Assembly (NCBI GenBank): GCA_905235225.1 | Contig: CAJOKE010000014.1 | Span: forward strand, 4,175 to 68,174 | DNA from: Paludibacteraceae bacterium | Lineage (GTDB): Bacteria; Bacteroidota; Bacteroidia; Bacteroidales; Paludibacteraceae | Direction: 5' to 3' | Length of the DNA: 64,000 bases | In this document: piece after piece, positions 9,533-16,490 of the stretch | Layout: each line of letters begins with the position of its first letter | How positions within the stretch are numbered: the first letter of the stretch is position 1 | Position numbers and translations under genes: made by a program | Notes under the pieces: model-generated | Told to the model about the DNA's origin: nothing | What the model saw: only the letters and a program-made list of their open reading frames with translations | Database searches by the model: none

Positions 9533-11149
9533 CTAATACTCCAACCACTCAATAAACTTCATAGGATCGGTTGTGAAAGCCATCGGTTCACCTATTTGGT
9601 TGCCTTGTGAATCCAGTTGTACAAAGAACGGCTGTGCATTTGAGCCAAACTGCTCACGTTGCAAGCGACTATTCTCCACCCCTTCACTCTCGCCATCACT
9701 ATCAGTATCCAAACGATTATCCACGAACAACTCTATAAAAACATAGTTTTTAAGACGCGCTTTGACACTATCATTGTCCAACACAAACGCTTCCATTTTG
9801 CGACAATTAACACAACCGTATCCGGTAAAATCTATGATAACGGGCTTGCCGGTTTTGCGTGCGAACGCCATACCTTTCTCGTAATCATCAAACACTTCGC
9901 GGTCTTTTATCTCCATTGGAGGTGCAAATGCACTAATGGCTTTTACCGGCGCACCCCATAATCCCGGAATCAAATAACAAGCAAAAACCAATGAAGGAAT
10001 TATAACGATACCACGTATAATCTTGCGAGTCACAGTTACATCACGTATGTCCCAAAGCAAGTAGATGGCAATCCCTAAGAAACAAGCAATCCAAATTGCG
10101 ATGAACAACCATCTGGGCAATATACCCCACCCGTATGCCATATCGGCAACCGAAAGGAACTTTAGTGATAGTGCCAATTCAAGGAATGCCAGCACCACTT
10201 TGAATGATGTCATCCAATCCCCGGATTTAGGTGCCTGTTTAAGCCACTGCGGGAACATCGCAAACAATGAAAACGGTAATGCTAATGCAATAGAAAAACC
10301 CAACATTCCAATAGCCGGAGCTAATATATTTTGTCCTGCGGCTTCAACAAGGAGTGTCCCGATAATAGGTCCAGTACATGAAAAAGAAACGATTACCAAG
10401 GTAAATGCCATTAGCAATATGCTGAGAAATCCGCTTGTAGAACGCGATTTATTGTCCAACGCTGTGGACCATGAATCCGGCAGCGTAATTTCAAAAAGAC
10501 CAAAGAACGAAAGTGCAAAAACAACAAGTATCAAGAAGAATATTATATTCACTACAGCATTAGTACTGAGATTATTCAGTGCTGAAGCACCAAACAAAAC
10601 CGTAACCAACAAACCTAATCCCACATACAGAATAATAATACTCAAGCCATAAAAGAAAGCATCTTTTTTACCACCCCCCTTTTTTAGGAAAAAAGACACC
10701 GTCATAGGTATAATCGGCCACACACAGGGTGTGAATATAGCAAGAATTCCACCCAATAGTCCCAAAAGAAATATCATCCACAGCGATCGTCCATCATTAC
10801 TAACGAAATCCGTATGTTTTATTTTGTCGGCAGATTGATCCTTATTCTCAAAAATCCACACCTCAGGTGCGGTACACATCATATCATTACAAGAGTTGAA
10901 ACGAATAGGTACGATTTCCGTTTTTTCCAAAGTCAATGTGAAAGGACTTTCATATATTTCCTCACCAAGTTCTTCGTCTCCGATAGAGATTAGCGTCATA
11001 TGCCAACCCTCTTCCATTGTTGCGATCAGTCGCACGCTATCGCCTATTTCTTCTCCGCTCCATGTCACGGGCTGTATAATTTGGGCATACAAAAATGTAC
11101 CAAGTGCGGAATATAGAATACAAACTAATATTGATATAAATCGTTTCAT
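9533..11149 (-). CDS. dsbD: Thiol:disulfide interchange protein, DsbD family (TM electron-transfer core plus C-terminal thioredoxin fold)
   Basis: Signal peptide, TM core with FTPCVWPIIP and SFSCTGPIIG cysteines, C-terminal thioredoxin domain with GYGCVNCRKME (CxxC). Confidence 0.8.
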   Translation of the reverse strand: MKRFISILVCILYSALGTFLYAQIIQPVTWSGEEIGDSVRLIATMEEGWHMTLISIGDEELGEEIYESPFTLTLEKTEIVPIRFNSCNDMMCTAPEVWIFENKDQSADKIKHTDFVSNDGRSLWMIFLLGLLGGILAIFTPCVWPIIPMTVSFFLKKGGGKKDAFFYGLSIIILYVGLGLLVTVLFGASALNNLSTNAVVNIIFFLILVVFALSFFGLFEITLPDSWSTALDNKSRSTSGFLSILLMAFTLVIVSFSCTGPIIGTLLVEAAGQNILAPAIGMLGFSIALALPFSLFAMFPQWLKQAPKSGDWMTSFKVVLAFLELALSLKFLSVADMAYGWGILPRWLFIAIWIACFLGIAIYLLWDIRDVTVTRKIIRGIVIIPSLVFACYLIPGLWGAPVKAISAFAPPMEIKDREVFDDYEKGMAFARKTGKPVIIDFTGYGCVNCRKMEAFVLDNDSVKARLKNYVFIELFVDNRLDTDSDGESEGVENSRLQREQFGSNAQPFFVQLDSQGNQIGEPMAFTTDPMKFIEWLEY

Positions 11150-11205
11150 TTGGTTGTTATATTTAGTTGTTTATTTTCACATCCTAACACGCATACACAT
11201 GTATT

Positions 11206-11213
11206 CAAATGTA
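11206..11213 (-). promoter_or_regulatory. -7 promoter box (TACATTTG) for the dsbD-like gene
   Basis: Plus-strand CAAATGTA, 57 nt upstream of the start at 11149. Confidence 0.45.
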
Positions 11214-11309
11214 TTGCAAATTCGATTGCTCTTATTTCTTTTATTATATGTTGGGTACATCTGTACTCTATTCATAGTGTGACTTTTTGTCACGCTTTCC
11301 TCGTTCATT

Positions 11310-11363
11310 TACGAGCGACTTACGGGACGGATACGGGACGGTTACGAGAAATTACGAGATTTT
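11310..11363. repeat. Five TACG-initiated units with spacing 11,11,11,10 bp
   Basis: tacgagcgact / tacgggacgga / tacgggacggt / tacgagaaat / tacgagatttt. They are followed by CATATCT x3 (9-bp spacing) and a G/C-free run of about 30 nt. Confidence 0.8.
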
Positions 11364-11423
11364 TCATATCTTACATATCTTTCATATTATATTATTTATA
11401 ATATAATATATATACAACATAGT

Positions 11424-11615
11424 TTAGTCAAAACAAAACCCCTTTCCATCTGCAGCAAGTAAATTCTGTTGGTGATAATTTGTCACCGACTCATTTCCCT
11501 CTTTCTTTAGACGCTCTTTCAGTTTGTTCTCTCGCGTGGGCAGACTTCGTGCCTTCGTGCGAATATATCGTTCCGGCGATAGTTGCTGTGTTGTGTTAGT
11601 CTTCTTTTTTGCCAT
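11424..11615 (-). CDS. 63-aa ORF, possibly the degraded 5' end of a larger gene
   Basis: MAKKKTNTTQQLSPERYIRTKARSLPT... resembles N-termini I recall from longer Bacteroides proteins. After about 27 aa the sequence becomes low-complexity and terminates. The coding status is uncertain. Confidence 0.25.
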   Translation of the reverse strand: MAKKKTNTTQQLSPERYIRTKARSLPTRENKLKERLKKEGNESVTNYHQQNLLAADGKGFCFD

Positions 11616-11858
11616 AATGGTAAGTTACCTTATTTATCATATCCCCATGCTCGGTTCATTTGTTTCTCATACTCCATAAAAGTAGACAAATCTTCGTTGA
11701 CCTGAACTAAATCAAATCCATTGTATCCCATTTCTTCTCCCAAATCTATCACCTCAAATGCAAGTTTTTTAGTTTCTTTCTGTTTGTTGGTCTTTTATGC
11801 CGCAAAAGGGTAATTGCATTCCATAATATTTGCCCACTTCGTTTTACGTATGTCTGCA

Positions 11859-13094
11859 CTATTTTAAGCCAATAAAATTACTCAACGGCTCAATATGTGC
11901 TACTTGGGTATATTTTCTTTTATGCAAATCTATTTGCTGGTCATAATTTACCATCTTACTTACTTCAAAATGCAGAACAGCATAGTAAGGAGCATTCTCT
12001 GCACTAAATCCTAATTCGCGTAATGCTTCGGCGGTCCATATTTGGAAACCTTTCTTGGTCTGCTTGAATAGTTGCGGATTATCTCCATTGGTATGCAAAC
12101 AAATATAGCCCAAACGCTCAAAGCCTTGTTTCACAAGCAACGAACCCTTGCTGTCTCCTGCTCTCGTATATGTTATGCCTAATTGCATCGCCAGTTCGCG
12201 ATCTTTCTCGCGCATGTGATTCACCAAAACCGTTGCCTCTTGCCCGTTCTCGCGCATTTTGTCAAAGAGTTTCTTTTTCGCTTGCTCATCCTCTAACGCT
12301 TGTCTGCGCCGCAGAGATAAATCGACAAATGGTTTTTCTTGCTCTATTCCGATAAACTTGCGCCCAAGCAGATTAGCGGCAATACCTGTTGTGCTGGAAC
12401 CGCAGAACGGGTCAAGAATGGTGTCGCCCTCGTTGGTCGATGCAAGGATGATTCTATATAGCAGCCGGAGTGGTTTTTGCGTCGGGTGTTTGCCTTGCAG
12501 TTTCTCCCACGAACCAACCGCCGGAATACGCCATACATCGGTCATTTGCGTACCACCGTTCAACTGTTTCATGGTCTCGTAGTTGAACTTGTGCGTTTTC
12601 TTCTCCGACTTACGTGCCCAAATAATCAGTTCCGTAGAGAAGTTGAAATACTTGCACGACAAATTGGGGGGCGGGTCGGTTTTCTGCCAAGTGATTGTAT
12701 TGAGCACTTTGTACCCCAATTCTTGCAAGCAGCGCATTACAACATGGATATTATGGTGCGTACCACTAATCCAAATAGTGCCGTTCTCTTTCAGTTTTGG
12801 TCGGCATAGTTCCAACCAACGGCGGTTAAACTCGTAGATATATTCGGGTGTGCCGCCTTTGTCCCAATCGCCTTTGTCCACGCACACTTGTTTTCCACTA
12901 TGCACACTTATTCCACCGTTACTCAGGAAGTATGGCGGGTCGGCAAAAATAGCATCGATAGAGTTGTCCTCTATCTCTTTCAGCCGCTCCATGCAATCGC
13001 CTTGCAAGATGCGGAAGTCTGGGATTTTACATCCGTAATCAACATGTTTAAAGTGTTCCCATTCTAATGGTAACTCATCATTTTTAGTAATCAT
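11859..13094 (-). CDS. Beta-class N6-adenine DNA methyltransferase, CcrM/M.HinfI-like core plus an unassigned C-terminal extension of about 135 aa
   Basis: Motif IV IFADPPYF precedes motif I DPFCGSSTTG (beta order). HPTQKPLRLLYRII and GTIWISGTHHNIH match the CcrM family. The C-terminal 135 aa do not resemble the CcrM C-terminal domain. Confidence 0.85.
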   Translation of the reverse strand: MITKNDELPLEWEHFKHVDYGCKIPDFRILQGDCMERLKEIEDNSIDAIFADPPYFLSNGGISVHSGKQVCVDKGDWDKGGTPEYIYEFNRRWLELCRPKLKENGTIWISGTHHNIHVVMRCLQELGYKVLNTITWQKTDPPPNLSCKYFNFSTELIIWARKSEKKTHKFNYETMKQLNGGTQMTDVWRIPAVGSWEKLQGKHPTQKPLRLLYRIILASTNEGDTILDPFCGSSTTGIAANLLGRKFIGIEQEKPFVDLSLRRRQALEDEQAKKKLFDKMRENGQEATVLVNHMREKDRELAMQLGITYTRAGDSKGSLLVKQGFERLGYICLHTNGDNPQLFKQTKKGFQIWTAEALRELGFSAENAPYYAVLHFEVSKMVNYDQQIDLHKRKYTQVAHIEPLSNFIGLK

Positions 13095-13155
13095 TTTGTA
13101 GCGTTTGTTATGTTTGCTACCTTGTTACTAAAATTGACTTCCCGCGGGTACAACT

Positions 13156-13175
13156 GTGAGCAAAGATTTGCTCAC
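13156..13175. promoter_or_regulatory. Perfect 9+9 inverted repeat GTGAGCAAA-GA-TTTGCTCAC in the spacer upstream of the methylase (candidate operator or RNA hairpin)
   Basis: Read directly. The arms extend imperfectly to about 13123-13212, and a third half-site lies at 13205-13220. Confidence 0.6.
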
Positions 13176-13342
13176 GTTGTGGCCCTCGGAAAGCCAGTAA
13201 TAAGACAAATCTTGCTCACATGTACGCACAGTGAACGTTACGATTTGTTCTTCTTATTACTATAAATTTCCGAGGTTTCAACGTAAATAGAACAAATAGC
13301 AAACGCTAGTTAATATTAGTATGTCACCGCCGCTGCGGATTT

Positions 13343-14089
13343 TTATAGTATAAACTCTAAGTTTTGTTTCTCAAATTCTTGTTCGTATTGTTTACCAAGC
13401 GATTCATAACTTAAAAATGATACGCGCTTCTTCTCTGCCAATTGGTGAAATGCAGCATAACCCATTTTGCTAATAAACTCATTATGACGCTTCTCATCCG
13501 CCACGATAACCATACGAGCCGCAAAATCTTGCAAGTCATTGAATTTCAGCAAAGAGTTTTGAATGTCTGTAGAGTGCTCAATCTCAAAGAAAGAGTGAGG
13601 CATGTGACGGTCGTTAAACCAAATCACATCAATAGTGGAACTGCGCTTGACGAGTTTAGGAAAAGAGTATTCGGGGAGTACCTGTATTGTACGCAGGTTG
13701 CCTAATTCTGCTTGATTGAGGAACTGCTTATGCTTATCTTGGTCCGGCACAAAAGTGTCTAAATGACGCATTTTGCCCATTTCTAACAATAGACCTTGAT
13801 AGTAAGCGTGATTGAATGTCTTTATTGCATCGGAATCTTGGTTGTGTTCGTTTTGCACAAGAATACCGTTTCCTTCCAACTCCTGACGATGAGATTCAAG
13901 CGCATAGAGACCAGGCTTGATTTTATATATATCGGCATTCTGCTGAACTATGCGGCGAATACTTGCAAATGGCGTTTTGGTATGCCATTTGCAATCTTCT
14001 ATTTTGAAAATATTTTGATTGATTTGGTTAAGAGTAGCAATGCCACCCAACTTCTCAATCGTCTCTATTACCGCTTGGTTCTGGGTCAT
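13343..14089 (-). CDS. Winged-helix plus nuclease-like protein (candidate restriction endonuclease or effector)
   Basis: N-terminus IETIEKLGGIATLNQINQNI...PFASIRRIVQ...IYKIKPGLYAL is wHTH-like. The C-terminus TIDVIWF-x13-FFEIEHSTDIQNSLLK resembles a D...E.E..K nuclease core. The start overlaps the GNAT stop (ATGA). The function is inferred and was not searched. Confidence 0.45.
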   Translation of the reverse strand: MTQNQAVIETIEKLGGIATLNQINQNIFKIEDCKWHTKTPFASIRRIVQQNADIYKIKPGLYALESHRQELEGNGILVQNEHNQDSDAIKTFNHAYYQGLLLEMGKMRHLDTFVPDQDKHKQFLNQAELGNLRTIQVLPEYSFPKLVKRSSTIDVIWFNDRHMPHSFFEIEHSTDIQNSLLKFNDLQDFAARMVIVADEKRHNEFISKMGYAAFHQLAEKKRVSFLSYESLGKQYEQEFEKQNLEFIL

Positions 14090-14640
14090 AATCCTTGCTC
14101 TATATGCTCCTTGAAAGGCTTTAAATCAAAATACATCAACCGCGTTTTATCAAGCGTATCTAACATCGTAAAATATTGGAATCTGTTCTTCTCGTAGAAT
14201 GGAGTGGCGTTAGCATATGCATCTACAGTCAAGAAACGACAACCTATTTTAGGTTCAGTTACCATAAAATACTTTACGTATTCCAGAATTTGAGACCCCA
14301 ATCCCTCACGTTCATATGACTTAGCCACAGCTAAACGAGCAATTTTTGCGGATGGATAACTACGGCGGCGTTTGCTGTTTGGGATGAGACGGTTGATACG
14401 ATTCCAGATACCCTTTTCTCTAGGGTCGTAAGCCACTTTATCATTTAACAAACTGAAATATGCTACAGTCTGCTGTTTTTCTTTGTCAATAAAAAGATAC
14501 GTTACTGCCATTAAATCAGCGGAATAGTTCTTTGCATCTTCCATCAAAAAACTATTCAAGTCTTCATCTCCTGAGACAAAAGGCAATAACGGCATGTCCT
14601 GTGTAAGCTGGACAAATTCAAAATCGGACAGGTGCATCAT
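14086..14640 (-). CDS. GNAT-family acetyltransferase of the TacT/KacT toxin type
   Basis: 184 aa. F.SGDEDLNSFL near the N-terminus, acetyl-CoA loop IARLAVAKSYEREGLGSQIL (R..G.G), FYEKNRFQYF. Small upstream partner ORF with an ATGA overlap. Confidence 0.7.
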   Translation of the reverse strand: MMHLSDFEFVQLTQDMPLLPFVSGDEDLNSFLMEDAKNYSADLMAVTYLFIDKEKQQTVAYFSLLNDKVAYDPREKGIWNRINRLIPNSKRRRSYPSAKIARLAVAKSYEREGLGSQILEYVKYFMVTEPKIGCRFLTVDAYANATPFYEKNRFQYFTMLDTLDKTRLMYFDLKPFKEHIEQGL

Positions 14641-14795
14641 AGAACATTTGGATATTTAGCTTTTACCGCTAAATAAATAGCCTGAGCACGTTGCACCTCC
14701 TCTGCTGTAACCGGTTGCGGGTGTTCTACAGCGTATGCAAATCTCCTTGCGTCCTCACCGTACAATGTTGGTGTTTCTTTAATAGGTCTGGCCAT
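14637..14795 (-). CDS. 52-aa ORF, candidate antitoxin of the GNAT toxin (not in the ORF track)
   Basis: Translated by hand: MARPIKETPTLYGEDARRFAYAVEHPQPVTAEEVQRAQAIYLAVKAKYPNVL. Its TGA overlaps the GNAT ATG (ATGA). A TAnnTTTG box lies 29 nt upstream. Confidence 0.5.
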   Translation of the reverse strand: MARPIKETPTLYGEDARRFAYAVEHPQPVTAEEVQRAQAIYLAVKAKYPNVL

Positions 14796-14823
14796 AATTA
14801 TTGTAGTTTAATTAAATCCGCTG

Positions 14824-14831
14824 CAAAGATA
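14824..14831 (-). promoter_or_regulatory. -7 promoter box (TATCTTTG) for the 52aa/GNAT/nuclease-like cassette
   Basis: Plus-strand CAAAGATA in an AT-rich 190-bp spacer. Confidence 0.5.
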
Positions 14832-14986
14832 CAATTTTAAATTCATATAAGCAAATATTTTTGTAATAAAATATTTTTTATGTGCGTTTTTAAGCGATTT
14901 GAATACTATTTAGAATATCATTGAGTCTTTTTCGAGAAATCAGCTCTGGTTATAATATCCATTACATGCTTGTTATTTAAAACTTG

Positions 14987-15169
14987 CTACAAAGTTGTCT
15001 TGAAAACGCTTACTGCCAAGAGCATTGCTCCTCCGCCGACAAACGGCTCAATGTAAGTAACATTCTCCCATGTATCAAAGTCAGCTGGAAGCAGTGCTTC
15101 GAGTTGGTCAATGAGTTGTGTTTTGCCGCCAACCCATTTGATAAATGGTTTCGCTTTCATTGTTTTCAT
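14987..15169 (-). pseudogene. 5' remnant of a Dam-type (D12 class) DNA adenine methyltransferase gene
   Basis: The 60-aa ORF carries [13 protein letters not shown] and [11 protein letters not shown], the N-terminal motifs of Dam-family enzymes of about 280 aa. It then stops, and no DPPY region follows. Confidence 0.7.
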
Positions 15170-15276
15170 TGTATATTGTTTTTCTTTTGTTTACTCATTT
15201 GTGCGATTCCGAAGCCACGGAGGGATTATTTTTTGCTTTCTTTTCTCGGTCATCGCTCGGTCTTCGGTCGGTGGGA

Positions 15277-16290
15277 TCAGTTCTTCTGGTTTATCAGGTT
15301 CACCACCACTTTGACCATGGTGTCTTTTTCTTCTGTACGGCTCTCTGCAATCATGAGGGTTAGCGCGACAAGGGTGTTATCTGCTATACGCTTGGTGCCA
15401 TCCTCGCGGTATAGAATGCCGTTATTGTTTAGGAACCACAGGAACAACGTAGCCGCGATGCGTTTGTTTCCGTCTGAAAAGGAGTGGTTCTTGGTCACTA
15501 AATACAGCAACATGGCAGCTTTCTCCTCCACACTCGGATATAAATCCGTTCCTCCAAAGGTCTGATAAATCTGACCTATACTGCTTTTGAACGAATCATC
15601 TTTCTCATTTCCAAACAAAGTGCTACCGCCGAACTTCTCACGCAGCGCAGCAATCGTCTGCATGGCATTCTCATATGTGGCATGGAAGCGTTCTTCAGGC
15701 GTAGTCTCTTTGACGGTCAGCCGCTCGTAATCATAGTTATCGAGCGTGTCCAGCGCATACGTATAATCCAAAACGACATCGAAAATAGCTTGCGTCTCAT
15801 CTGCGCTCTCCACCGCTTTGCTTTGTACCGTCCGTCCAACAATCTGAACCAACTGCCGCAAATCCGACAACTGCTCACGACGAATCTTTTCGTTGATGGC
15901 ATAGCCTTTGATGAGGTAGTCTTTGAGAATTCTGTTTGCCCATTGACGGAATTGCACACCACGTTGAGACTTTACACGATAACCAACGGAGATGATTACA
16001 TCGAGGTTGTATAGCGTTGTTTCTACTTCTTGTGAGAAGTTATCTCTACGACCATATTTCTTGGGTAGTGCAAATTTTGCACATACCAAGGATTCGTTCA
16101 ATTCTCCTTCGGAGAAAATATTGCGTATGTGCCGTCCTATAACTGTTCTATCGCGGTCAAAGAGTTGAGCCATCTGGTCTTGCGTCAGCCACACGGTTTC
16201 GTTCTCCATGCGCACATCGAGTTGTACCGTGTTGTCTTCCGCACGATAGATGATTATCTCGCCTCTATTTTCAATAGGTTTCTCGTTCAT
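15277..16290 (-). CDS. RhuM-family N-terminal domain fused to a Fic/Doc domain
   Basis: Trimmed to MNEKPIENRGEIIIYRAEDN. The RhuM-type part is TVWLTQDQMAQLF...NLDVIISVGYRVKSQRGVQFRQWA. The C-terminal part has the Fic/Doc motif HSFSDGNKRIAA. Confidence 0.8.
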   Translation of the reverse strand: MNEKPIENRGEIIIYRAEDNTVQLDVRMENETVWLTQDQMAQLFDRDRTVIGRHIRNIFSEGELNESLVCAKFALPKKYGRRDNFSQEVETTLYNLDVIISVGYRVKSQRGVQFRQWANRILKDYLIKGYAINEKIRREQLSDLRQLVQIVGRTVQSKAVESADETQAIFDVVLDYTYALDTLDNYDYERLTVKETTPEERFHATYENAMQTIAALREKFGGSTLFGNEKDDSFKSSIGQIYQTFGGTDLYPSVEEKAAMLLYLVTKNHSFSDGNKRIAATLFLWFLNNNGILYREDGTKRIADNTLVALTLMIAESRTEEKDTMVKVVVNLINQKN

Positions 16291-16343
16291 ATTGTTAAAG
16301 TTGCATTTATTGCAAAGGCAACATATATTTGCAAAATGCACCG

Positions 16344-16351
16344 CAAAGGTA
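16344..16351 (-). promoter_or_regulatory. -7 promoter box (TACCTTTG) for the RhuM-Fic gene
   Basis: Plus-strand ccgCAAAGGTAc, 54 nt upstream of the ATG at 16290. Confidence 0.55.
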
Positions 16352-16436
16352 CAATAAAAAGTTGAAAGTACAAAATAGAAGGTACAAAAAGTATGATTAC
16401 GATACACTTTTTTTTGCATATGTGCAATTTTTGCAG

Positions 16437-16444
16437 TACCTTTG
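16437..16444 (+). promoter_or_regulatory. -7 promoter box (TACCTTTG) for the 16491 lipoprotein operon
   Basis: gcagTACCTTTGcgg, 47 nt upstream of the ATG. Confidence 0.55.
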
Positions 16445-16490
16445 CGGCGGAAAAGTATGTTATACTACAAGACACAAAGTATAAGGATAC

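Noticed and set aside
10065-10652. 195-aa plus-strand ORF inside the dsbD-like gene
   Set aside because: It is an antisense shadow of a gene with clear DsbD motifs.
15246-15270. TCGGTC repeated three times (spacing 11 and 7) between the Fic gene stop and the dam remnant
   Set aside because: It is too short and irregular to tell apart from chance, and it is not upstream of a promoter box.
14984-15565. 193-aa plus-strand ORF across the dam remnant and the Fic gene 3' end
   Set aside because: It is antisense to two recognisable minus-strand coding regions and has a low-complexity Cys/Phe-rich product.
11150-16490. Search for an integrase, transposase, tRNA attachment site or flanking direct repeats around the accessory islet
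   Set aside because: None was recognisable by eye, so I did not call a mobile element.
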